The notes under the pieces were generated by a model. It had not been told where the DNA came from and did no database searches. It worked only from the letters and a program-made list of their open reading frames with translations. A DNA stretch of 32,893 nucleotides. It comes from a virus. Its lineage: Duplodnaviria; Caudoviricetes. Positions within the stretch are counted from its first letter, which is position 1. The number at the start of each line of letters is the position of its first letter. The stretch is taken from the IMG/VR virus record IMGVR_UViG_3300023105_000106, positions 1 to 32,893 of that record; one strand, written 5' to 3'. The translations under genes were made by a program, and so were the position numbers. Shown piece by piece: positions 18,358-24,929 of this stretch.

Positions 18358-19101
18358 GTGCGTCCAATGGCTCCTTCAACTAGCGAATTCCGTCAACTTC
18401 CTATGCGCCGTGAACCTACGGACATGGAAAAGACAATGCGCATTGGGCGCCGTAAGCGCAAGATGGCTTTAGACCGACTTGCTAACAAACAACCTGTTCC
18501 TACCTATGCTACCGATAGTTCGGAGCGAGTTAACAAAGTACAGATTGCTAAATTGCAAGGACTAGGTAGCACTTGGCCCTCCGCTAGCACAGTTGATAGT
18601 ACACCCGGCGATGACCCTGCATTCCGTATTAAAGATGGCAAAACCGTTGAAACTTGGGCACGGCCAGAACCATCGCCCCAATACCAAGCAAACTACTTTG
18701 CATTGATGACAGAAATCGATAACAAATCAGCAGAAGCCGCGTTGCTTGAACAGAAACTTCATCAAATCAACGGCGATATTATCGCTCTAGAAAACCAAGG
18801 ACAACCAGTTCCTCCGGCTTTGAAAAGTGAAGGAATTAGTACATTCAACCAACTAGATACTATTCGCAAACAACTAGATTCATTGGCTAGACAAATTGAT
18901 GACAAAGGATATGCACTTCGTAATCGCACCACATGGGGAAGTCGAATTGGTTACAGTAGCGGAGGCTTTGTCCTCGGCGCCGCCGCATTCTATGGACTAT
19001 ACCTTCTATACAACCGTCGTCTATCTGGTGGACGTCGAAGGTCCGGACGTGGTGCAGGAACAACTGACCCACTTGCCGCCTTCGGCAGAATCAACGGCTA
19101 G
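18358..19101 (+). CDS. Coiled-coil protein with C-terminal TM and Arg-rich tail
   Basis: LQGLGST; heptad region IDNKSAEAALLEQKL...LDSLARQIDD; GFVLGAAAFYGLYLLY followed by NRRLSGGRRR. Confidence 0.6.
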   Translation: MRPMAPSTSEFRQLPMRREPTDMEKTMRIGRRKRKMALDRLANKQPVPTYATDSSERVNKVQIAKLQGLGSTWPSASTVDSTPGDDPAFRIKDGKTVETWARPEPSPQYQANYFALMTEIDNKSAEAALLEQKLHQINGDIIALENQGQPVPPALKSEGISTFNQLDTIRKQLDSLARQIDDKGYALRNRTTWGSRIGYSSGGFVLGAAAFYGLYLLYNRRLSGGRRRSGRGAGTTDPLAAFGRING

Positions 19102-19115
19102 TTTATGACCTACTT
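19101..19115 (+). promoter_or_regulatory. Promoter motif GTTTATGACCTACTT upstream of the SWIB gene
   Basis: TTTATG lies 31 nt before ATG 19133; nearly identical to the thermosome upstream motif, including a downstream GGAC. Confidence 0.6.
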
Positions 19116-19132
19116 ATACGGACGGATAAAAC

Positions 19133-19429
19133 ATGGTACGCGCTATTGATATGAAATATTACGCCCTTGAACCCCTGAACGAAATCCTTGGTAACAAGAA
19201 GATTACCCGAGGCCAAGCAATGAAGAAAGTGTGGGCGCACATTGACAAGTACAATCTGAAGGGCGTTGAAGGCGACACGGCCAAGTACAAGGGGAAGACA
19301 TACAAAGGCGGTCAAGTCATTTTCGTCGGAGATGACCCAATTCTAAAGGAAATCTGCAAAGGCAAAAAGAAAATTGTCATGTTTGAATTAACCGCTTACA
19401 TGAACAACTACCTTGAAAGCGCTGAATGA
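19133..19429 (+). CDS. SWIB/MDM2-domain protein
   Basis: LNEILGNKKITRGQAMKKVWAHIDKYNLK...DDPILKEICKGKKKIVMFELTAYMNNYL matches the SWIB pattern (L..ivG....sR.evvk.lW.YIk.nnLq...D..L..if......mf...k.l..h). Confidence 0.8.
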   Translation: MVRAIDMKYYALEPLNEILGNKKITRGQAMKKVWAHIDKYNLKGVEGDTAKYKGKTYKGGQVIFVGDDPILKEICKGKKKIVMFELTAYMNNYLESAE

Positions 19430-19438
19430 GGGAACAAC

Positions 19439-19606
19439 ATGGCTAGGGTGAATACAGGCAAGGTAATGCACTTGCATGTACTCACGGGTGCTGAAAGAGA
19501 TGCCCTTACTCCAACCAAAGGAATGATAATTTACAACAGTACTACTAACAAGTTGAACTTTTACAACGGCTCGAATTGGAGAGCCGTTGATGATAGTGCT
19601 GTCTGA
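19439..19606 (+). CDS. 55-aa stand-alone fibre-type beta module (not in ORF track)
   Basis: MARVNTGKVMHLHVLTGAERDALTPTKGMIIYNSTTNKLNFYNGSNWRAVDDSAV; the RDAL..G.I.YNSTT.KL.FYNG..W pattern is typical of phage fibre/spike modules. Confidence 0.65.
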   Translation: MARVNTGKVMHLHVLTGAERDALTPTKGMIIYNSTTNKLNFYNGSNWRAVDDSAV

Positions 19607-19660
19607 GGAAAGTTCATAACCAGTAGCATTATCCGAGAATTGCCCTAAGTACTATGCACC

Positions 19661-19756
19661 GGGGCGAGGGTTAGCATCAAGTACGAAGGGTACGGGTTTT
19701 CGGTTGCTCGTGGACACCTCCTTTCTTCCAGTCCAAGCATTTCTCCCCCTCGCCCC
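19661..19756 (+). ncRNA. Candidate structured small RNA
   Basis: Perfect 10-bp terminal stem GGGGCGAGGG (19661-70) / CCCTCGCCCC (19747-56); internal TGGAC/GTCCA hairpin; upstream GAAAGTTCATAA BRE/TATA-like element; no credible ORF. Confidence 0.45.
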
Positions 19757-19763
19757 ACCTATT

Positions 19764-19778
19764 CTTTATGACCGACCT
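19764..19778 (+). promoter_or_regulatory. tRNA promoter CTTTATGACCGACCT
   Basis: TTTATG lies 31 nt before tRNA G1. Confidence 0.55.
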
Positions 19779-19795
19779 GAAGGTACCGTAAGGTT

Positions 19796-19872
19796 GGCCT
19801 TATAGTGTAATTTGGATATCACTCCGGCTTGCGGAGCCGGTAATCGGGGTTCAAATCCCCGTAGGGCCGCCA
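19796..19872 (+). tRNA. tRNA-Arg (anticodon GCG), CCA encoded, no intron
   Basis: Acceptor GGCCTTA/TAGGGCC; D loop with GGA (A20 Arg identity element); anticodon stem CCGGC/GCCGG with loop TT-GCG-GA; T arm CGGGG-TTCAAAT-CCCCG; discriminator G then CCA. Confidence 0.93.
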
Positions 19873-19916
19873 TATTCAACATGTAATTTGATAAACTAGT
19901 TTAACGAATAACAAAT

Positions 19917-19955
19917 TGCCCGGAAGCCTCCCGGGCCGGCGCGTACTTCCGGGTA
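19917..19955. other. GC-rich hairpin between convergent transcription units
   Basis: TGCCCGGAAG / CTTCCGGGTA 10-bp stem with one G-U pair. Confidence 0.35.
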
Positions 19956-19995
19956 GGTCATCTTTCAGCCTCTCTCACCTTGCGTGCCGGTCCAC

Positions 19996-20292
19996 CTAAT
20001 TCAAGAACACAGCGATAGCGCCGTTCACTACAAACCCGACTACTAACAGATATTGCGTTATTTTCCAGCGGTATTCGATTTTTCGAATTGAATCCTGAAC
20101 TAGGGGATTCAAATTATTTCTAAATTCTAAAAACCGCTTTTCTGTTATGGAATCTAGATTCTGTAAGATATTTTCCAAGTCTTCGCGCATCTCATCGGTC
20201 AAGGACACGTTCAGTGTAACTTCGGGTTTGAATGGCCCTGCGCCCTTCGTTGCACCTTTGGCGAACTCGCCCAGCAAGTCTTTCATGTCCAT
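19996..20292 (-). CDS. Coiled-coil protein with C-terminal TM
   Basis: AGGAGG RBS before ATG 20292 (MDMKDLLGEF...); C-terminus YLLVVGFVVNGAIAVFLN. Confidence 0.65.
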   Translation of the reverse strand: MDMKDLLGEFAKGATKGAGPFKPEVTLNVSLTDEMREDLENILQNLDSITEKRFLEFRNNLNPLVQDSIRKIEYRWKITQYLLVVGFVVNGAIAVFLN

Positions 20293-20383
20293 ACTTATCT
20301 TTCCTCCTGATTCAGAATATGGAAGGCAACGAATCCGATAATCGCAAGTCCAAACAAGAAGTACCAAAATTCTTCAGAAGTGA

Positions 20384-21247
20384 TTATTCATTCCCCCATT
20401 GCATATCTTTTGGGAAGTACTTGAGCATCTTATCCCCATCCAATTCATCCTCATATACAGCATGTGTTACAATACGCTTCACCTGTTGAGGATACCAACT
20501 ACCACCAGACCTAGTAGTATAACCACGAGCATTAAGATAAGTAGCAACACCAGCATAAGAAGGATTCCTAGCATACTCGCGTAGTATTTCTAATACGATT
20601 TCTAGTTCTTGTTGATGGTAATGTAATTTACCTTTCTCGGCGTCATCTTCTTTTCTAGCGGCATACATACCATAGGGTGTTCTTCCTACCCATTCGTGTT
20701 CTTGCTCTTGAAGCCGTTCCATCGCAGTCTTGACTTTGATGATAACCTGCTTGCGTTCCATGTCATCCATCATGGACTTCATACGGAACATGGCTTCTTG
20801 CGTAGGGTCGTCAAGGTCGAGGTCCGGCATAGTGACAAAATGCACATTGATGCCCAATGGCCCACGGATATGTTCCTCAACGAAATTGATAGCATCCACG
20901 AGGTTACGGCTTAGACGGCTTGGGTCATAGAAGATGACGTCCTTCACATCTGGGTTCTCCTTGAGGTAGGCCATCATTGCCTTGAACATAGGCCGTTCAA
21001 GGTTTTTGCCTGAAACGCCAAAATCACACCACATTGTCGGATATTGAATTGCCTTGTCAAATTCCTTTTTCGGAATAGCGTGGATTTCGGAAAACCCCTC
21101 TTTGTCAAATGGAGGAGGAATCAATTCGATTCCGTGCGTTTCGCATAACCTAGTAATTCCGAAAACTTGGGTGTCCAGTCCTTCTTCTTGCTTTTTTGTC
21201 GAAACCCTACCATATCCGATAGCGCGTGTGGGCCATGTCTTTGCCAT
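20384..21247 (-). CDS. Serine recombinase (resolvase catalytic domain plus recombinase DNA-binding domain)
   Basis: AIGYGRVST (catalytic Ser), DFGVSGKNLERP, YDPSRLSRN, GRTPYG, SYAGVATYLNARGYTTRSGGSWYPQQVKRI. Confidence 0.9.
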   Translation of the reverse strand: MAKTWPTRAIGYGRVSTKKQEEGLDTQVFGITRLCETHGIELIPPPFDKEGFSEIHAIPKKEFDKAIQYPTMWCDFGVSGKNLERPMFKAMMAYLKENPDVKDVIFYDPSRLSRNLVDAINFVEEHIRGPLGINVHFVTMPDLDLDDPTQEAMFRMKSMMDDMERKQVIIKVKTAMERLQEQEHEWVGRTPYGMYAARKEDDAEKGKLHYHQQELEIVLEILREYARNPSYAGVATYLNARGYTTRSGGSWYPQQVKRIVTHAVYEDELDGDKMLKYFPKDMQWGNE

Positions 21248-21263
21248 ACTATGGGCTTAACAC

Positions 21264-21278
21264 AAGTAGGAAATAAAG
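21264..21278 (-). promoter_or_regulatory. Promoter motif CTTTATTTCCTACTT upstream of the recombinase
   Basis: TTTATT lies 30 nt before ATG 21247; shares TCCTACTTGT with the thermosome promoter. Confidence 0.6.
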
Positions 21279-21726
21279 AAAGGGGTCTTTGTGTTAAGGG
21301 TATACGGGGTCAGATATACCTACAATCCTTGATTTGGGATTGTTATAAAGAAGGGACATACCTAGAAGCGCGTTCTAGGGCTTTCAGCGCATAAAGTGGG
21401 ATAGTTACCCCCCAGACCCCCTACAAGGCCGTACAGGGCGTTTCTCGCAGTTTTTCCTGATTTACCCCTTCAAGTAGGGGGTATTTGGGGTATTTTTGCC
21501 AAAAGGAGCCGTTTCTTTGGTACGAAGAACCAATCGTCATCGAGCCAAGAGGATTTTCCTATCTAGTTTTCTAGAATCTTCTTTCCATATTGAAATCCTA
21601 GGTTTTTGAAAAAACCGTTGTCGTAGTATGGTCGTAGTTCCATACTGTTGCTAAATGAGGGGTTTTCGGAAATGACTAAATACTAGGGCCATCACAGGTC
21701 ATTTTACCAAAGGGAGGATTACGAAA
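21279..21726. other. Long intergenic control region at a divergent strand switch (candidate origin or recombination site)
   Basis: The longest gene-free stretch; contains G/C runs, T runs and the hairpin TACCCCTT-caagt-AGGGGGTA (21463-21483). Confidence 0.35.
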
Positions 21727-21876
21727 ATGTATACTATCGAATGCTATCTAGAAAGAATAGGGGATTGGATTCCCTATGCAAAAGCAAAAACAGAACAAGA
21801 GGCAAGACAAAAGGCGGCAAATGCATTCCTTAAAACGCGTCATCTTTGTGTTAGAATCGTGGAGGCTTCACAATGA
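21727..21876 (+). CDS. 49-aa hypothetical protein (not in ORF track)
   Basis: GGGAGG RBS; MYTIECYLERIGDWIPYAKAKTEQEARQKAANAFLKTRHLCVRIVEASQ; ATGA overlap with the next gene. Confidence 0.55.
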   Translation: MYTIECYLERIGDWIPYAKAKTEQEARQKAANAFLKTRHLCVRIVEASQ

Positions 21877-22079
21877 GCGAGGAAATGAACCGCCTAAAGG
21901 CGGCAGACCGAACACTGAACGACATTTACAAAATGTGCGAAGCAGACGTAGGACTTCCACCGTGGGTCAAGAAATTCATTGACGACCGCTACAAGTGGTA
22001 TTCCATCAGTTGCCGTGAGTCTATGGACTCGTCGCATCCATGGACTGGCACTTCATACTCCGAGGAGGCTTCACAATGA
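21873..22079 (+). CDS. Hypothetical protein
   Basis: RBS plus ATGA coupling on both sides. Confidence 0.6.
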   Translation: MSEEMNRLKAADRTLNDIYKMCEADVGLPPWVKKFIDDRYKWYSISCRESMDSSHPWTGTSYSEEASQ

Positions 22080-22393
22080 CGACATGGATGGTTCGGGTAT
22101 GGTATAACGCCTATGACGATGAGGATTTCATTGATGAAATGCCCAGCACCGAGTATCATTTTCAAACAAAAGAAGAAGCCCTCGCTTTCAAGAAAGCCTT
22201 CAATGAGAAGTTTTGGAACCACGGTGGATGGGAACCCCGCTTGAGGGGAGGCGTCATTGTCGGGCACCAATACGTTGCCAGTTCACCTGCCGAGGGACCT
22301 TACGAATACATAATTCCAACGTTTTCTGTCGAAGAAACGCTCAACGCGGCATATGTAGGCGCAGAAATTTGGGGTATGGAGGAAGAGGAATGA
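22076..22393 (+). CDS. Hypothetical protein
   Basis: ATG 22076 lies in the junction motif; ends MEEEE. Confidence 0.6.
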   Translation: MTTWMVRVWYNAYDDEDFIDEMPSTEYHFQTKEEALAFKKAFNEKFWNHGGWEPRLRGGVIVGHQYVASSPAEGPYEYIIPTFSVEETLNAAYVGAEIWGMEEEE

Positions 22394-22545
22394 ATAACTG
22401 GATAATAATTGCTCAATCTTATAGTGATAGCCCCCCGGTTTCTTGGCTGGTGTTGCACTCAATCACCAAGCGCAGTCACACCTGCGAAACACTTGAAGAA
22501 GCAGAAGTGATTGCTAAAGCCCTAAATGAAATGGAGGAAGAATAA
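22390..22545 (+). CDS. 51-aa hypothetical protein
   Basis: ATG 22390 overlaps the upstream stop; ends MEEE. Confidence 0.55.
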   Translation: MNNWIIIAQSYSDSPPVSWLVLHSITKRSHTCETLEEAEVIAKALNEMEEE

Positions 22546-22961
22546 TGGCGATTTACGTATTTGAAGTAGGAGAATATGTCAAAGTAGGATTTACTGCAAG
22601 GGACAACATCTGGAAAAGAATCAACGAAATTTGCTATGGCCCAAAGCCAATTGGGAAGGACCTCAAAGGTACAGAACCGGAAGACTGTACTCCCTTATTG
22701 TGGATTCCAGCCGGTACGATAGAAGAAGAACAGCATTTTCATGCTCTTTTCAAGCGCAACGTCAAGATGGGCCGAGAATGGTATCCTGTATCAATGGCCG
22801 GTACTATTCTGTACATCCTTACATCGTGCTTTGGTCTTAATGGTTGTATGGTTGATTATGAAATCGAATCATGGATTGATTACTGCGTGCGAATGGAAAG
22901 AGAACGGTTTGCTAAAGAAGTGGAATCCAATTATGCCGATATACCGGAGGCTTTACAATGA
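22545..22961 (+). CDS. T5orf172/MUG113-type GIY-YIG-like protein
   Basis: IYVFEVGEYVKVGFT...KRINEI...EEQHFHALFK...GREWY. Confidence 0.7.
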   Translation: MAIYVFEVGEYVKVGFTARDNIWKRINEICYGPKPIGKDLKGTEPEDCTPLLWIPAGTIEEEQHFHALFKRNVKMGREWYPVSMAGTILYILTSCFGLNGCMVDYEIESWIDYCVRMERERFAKEVESNYADIPEALQ

Positions 22962-23191
22962 AAAAAGAAAATAAAGAATATACAGAAGAAGACATTGGAC
23001 AAACAGTATCGATTGTAAGTGAATTTGGGACCTATCATGAAGAACGCATCGTCATGACTTATTGCGATGTTTGCTCGGCTCGGTTCATCGGTCCTATTCG
23101 TGAAGCCGGTGGCTTCCTCGGTGGACACGCTATGTTCCACCAATGGCAGGCAAACCAAGAAGCGATGATTGCAGGGGGCTACGGAGCATGA
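22958..23191 (+). CDS. Small C2H2-like zinc protein
   Basis: YCDVCSARF...FLGGHAMFH. Confidence 0.55.
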   Translation: MKKENKEYTEEDIGQTVSIVSEFGTYHEERIVMTYCDVCSARFIGPIREAGGFLGGHAMFHQWQANQEAMIAGGYGA

Positions 23192-23436
23192 ACCTAAAGC
23201 GAGCGATATATCACTTCAAACATCCAACTGCTGATTACATTACGGCATGGTGGGCCTTTGCGGCTTTTATCCAGAAGGGCGGTGGCCCCGAAAATACTAA
23301 AGGCCTAACTGAATTCATTGAAGATACGGTCCGTGTAATGACTGATGCAGAAGGTAATTCGCTTCTGGTCATGACTACGCAAATAGACCAAAATACCGAC
23401 GTTTCCAAACTTTCATTGAAGGTATTGGGGGATTGA
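23188..23436 (+). CDS. Hypothetical protein
   Basis: ATG 23188 overlaps the upstream stop. Confidence 0.5.
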   Translation: MNLKRAIYHFKHPTADYITAWWAFAAFIQKGGGPENTKGLTEFIEDTVRVMTDAEGNSLLVMTTQIDQNTDVSKLSLKVLGD

Positions 23437-23438
23437 TT

Positions 23439-23756
23439 ATGAGCAAACATCATTGTAAAGGAATAGACGGACAACGAGTACGAAACGGTAGTGTACGAAT
23501 ATACAATCGTGCATACGAGTATTTGCAGAAGAATGGCGAAGGAACGATTCCAGAAATTATGGACTTCATCAACAACTACGTTGGCCACAGGGGACGCATT
23601 ACACAAACCAGTACTACAACACAAGAACTAGCAAACATTCTGGCAAAGTACCCTGCGTTTTATCAAGTAGGTACTACATATCGTTCCGCCATGAACAGTG
23701 GACGATACAAAATTGCACTATGGGCCTTGACTAATCCAGTAATGGAGGAAGAGTAA
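23439..23756 (+). CDS. Putative winged-helix DNA-binding protein
   Basis: AYEYLQKNGEGTIPEIMDFIN...TTQELANILAKYPAF...LWAL suggests a wHTH-like layout (weak). Confidence 0.45.
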   Translation: MSKHHCKGIDGQRVRNGSVRIYNRAYEYLQKNGEGTIPEIMDFINNYVGHRGRITQTSTTTQELANILAKYPAFYQVGTTYRSAMNSGRYKIALWALTNPVMEEE

Positions 23757-23911
23757 TGGCACCTTGGGTTATTGTGTATATTATTGCTATTCTTGCGATT
23801 GCAGTATGGCTATATGCTGTTGCTACGATTAGCAATTACAATCCCCACGTCCCCAAACAGGACGAATGGAGAATTTATCGAAAACGCACATTGCGTGGGG
23901 AAGAAGAATAG
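23756..23911 (+). CDS. 51-aa single-TM protein (not in ORF track)
   Basis: MAPWVIVYIIAILAIAVWLYAVATI...; TAATG coupling and GGAGG RBS. Confidence 0.6.
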   Translation: MAPWVIVYIIAILAIAVWLYAVATISNYNPHVPKQDEWRIYRKRTLRGEEE

Positions 23912-23940
23912 AACCTTCGTTTCGGAAAACTAGGTTTGGA

Positions 23941-23956
23941 GAAATACTATAAACCC
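23941..23956 (+). promoter_or_regulatory. BRE/TATA-like promoter GAAATACTATAAACCC
   Basis: Located in an intergenic gap ahead of a new run of coupled genes. Confidence 0.4.
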
Positions 23957-24005
23957 AACCCGATTATCACGGTTTACACGAAGGAATTGCTATGGAGGAA
24001 TTGAT

Positions 24006-24149
24006 TTGACTATACGTTGCCCGGAATGCTCTCAAAAGACGTTCACCTTAGAACGAATTGTAACCGCGAAGTGTTATTCTCGCGGTATTGACAGGGGAAT
24101 TTACCATTGTACCAACCCAGACTGTGATTATAAGGAGGTAATTGGATGA
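24006..24149 (+). CDS. 47-aa zinc-ribbon protein (TTG start; not in ORF track)
   Basis: GGAGG RBS; MTIRCPECSQK...YHCTNPDCDYKEVIG. Confidence 0.55.
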   Translation: MTIRCPECSQKTFTLERIVTAKCYSRGIDRGIYHCTNPDCDYKEVIG

Positions 24150-24292
24150 GCGATAACAGATTAGAAGAACTGAAAAAAGAAAGACAACTGATTGGACACC
24201 GTATGTCGAACGGAATCGCTGACAAATACGATATCCGAAGGCTACCGTATGTCCTTGAAGAAATTGCAGAATTGGAGGCTGAGGAAGAATGA
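24146..24292 (+). CDS. 48-aa helical hypothetical protein (not in ORF track)
   Basis: AAGGAGGT RBS; ATGA overlaps at both ends. Confidence 0.55.
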   Translation: MSDNRLEELKKERQLIGHRMSNGIADKYDIRRLPYVLEEIAELEAEEE

Positions 24293-24552
24293 ACAACTAC
24301 CCAGATAACATGGATTGGGGTGCATACGACGACTACCACGACCCTAAATTGCTTTGCGGTCATCATTCAAGTGATGGTTGCGGTTGTTGGTGCGAATCAT
24401 ACGCAGGCGACGGTAATCAACATACGATTGATGAATGTAATCCCGATAACTGCCTTGACTACCGGTGTAAGGAATGTCAAGATGTTCCTGTCGATTACGA
24501 CACCGACTTATGCCCAGAATGTCAAGAATATATGGACGAGGTGAGCGCATGA
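24289..24552 (+). CDS. Cys/Asp-rich small protein (multi-zinc)
   Basis: CGH..CGCWC..CNPDNC..CKEC..CPEC. Confidence 0.6.
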   Translation: MNNYPDNMDWGAYDDYHDPKLLCGHHSSDGCGCWCESYAGDGNQHTIDECNPDNCLDYRCKECQDVPVDYDTDLCPECQEYMDEVSA

Positions 24553-24929
24553 AGGAATGTCGTAAGTGCAATGCCGTATTGCCTCCCGAAGACTTCTATG
24601 CAAACGGTCGTGTTAGCGATGGACTGTCTTCCTATTGTAAGGAATGCACCAAAGCCGTCGCACGACACCATTACCAACAACAATGGTACAATGGTAACAA
24701 CAAATGGTATCAAGAAAGTCTTCGCAACAAAGAGGCTCGCGCTCGGCGTACTGCCGAACGAAAGGGTCTGATGAAGAAGTGTTCTAAGTGTGGTGAAGAA
24801 AAACCGGCTACCCGTGAGCATTTCTATACAGGTGCATCAAAGCACGGCCTCAAGTCGTATTGTAAGCCCTGCGACAATGCATTGAAGTCGGAGCGCCGAC
24901 GAGCAAAGAAGGAGGCGAAGAAGCAATGA
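24549..24929 (+). CDS. Tandem zinc-finger protein (HNH-associated Zn module twice, no nuclease domain)
   Basis: KECRKC...FY...GLSSYCKEC and KKCSKC...FY...GLKSYCKPC. Confidence 0.65.
   Translation: MKECRKCNAVLPPEDFYANGRVSDGLSSYCKECTKAVARHHYQQQWYNGNNKWYQESLRNKEARARRTAERKGLMKKCSKCGEEKPATREHFYTGASKHGLKSYCKPCDNALKSERRRAKKEAKKQ

Larger units (their letters stand above)
21861..22961 (+). repeat. Three copies of the 16-nt gene-junction motif GGAGGCTT(C/T)ACAATGA
   Basis: Copies at 21861-21876, 22064-22079 and 22946-22961; each supplies an RBS plus an overlapping stop/start. Confidence 0.75.

Noticed and set aside
19796-21247. tRNA plus recombinase as a provirus attachment boundary
   Set aside because: No duplicate of the tRNA 3' end was seen, both flanks look viral, and tRNA targeting is typical of tyrosine rather than serine recombinases.
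21776-21982. 68-aa ORF from the track
   Set aside because: The frames 21727..21876 and 21873..22079 have RBSs and ATGA coupling and explain the region better.
21861-22961. Repeated 16-mers as a mini-CRISPR array
   Set aside because: Spacing is irregular (about 200 and 880 nt) and the intervening sequences are genes.
24549-24929. Homing endonuclease call
   Set aside because: Only the Zn-finger modules are present; no HNH or endonuclease VII catalytic motif was seen.
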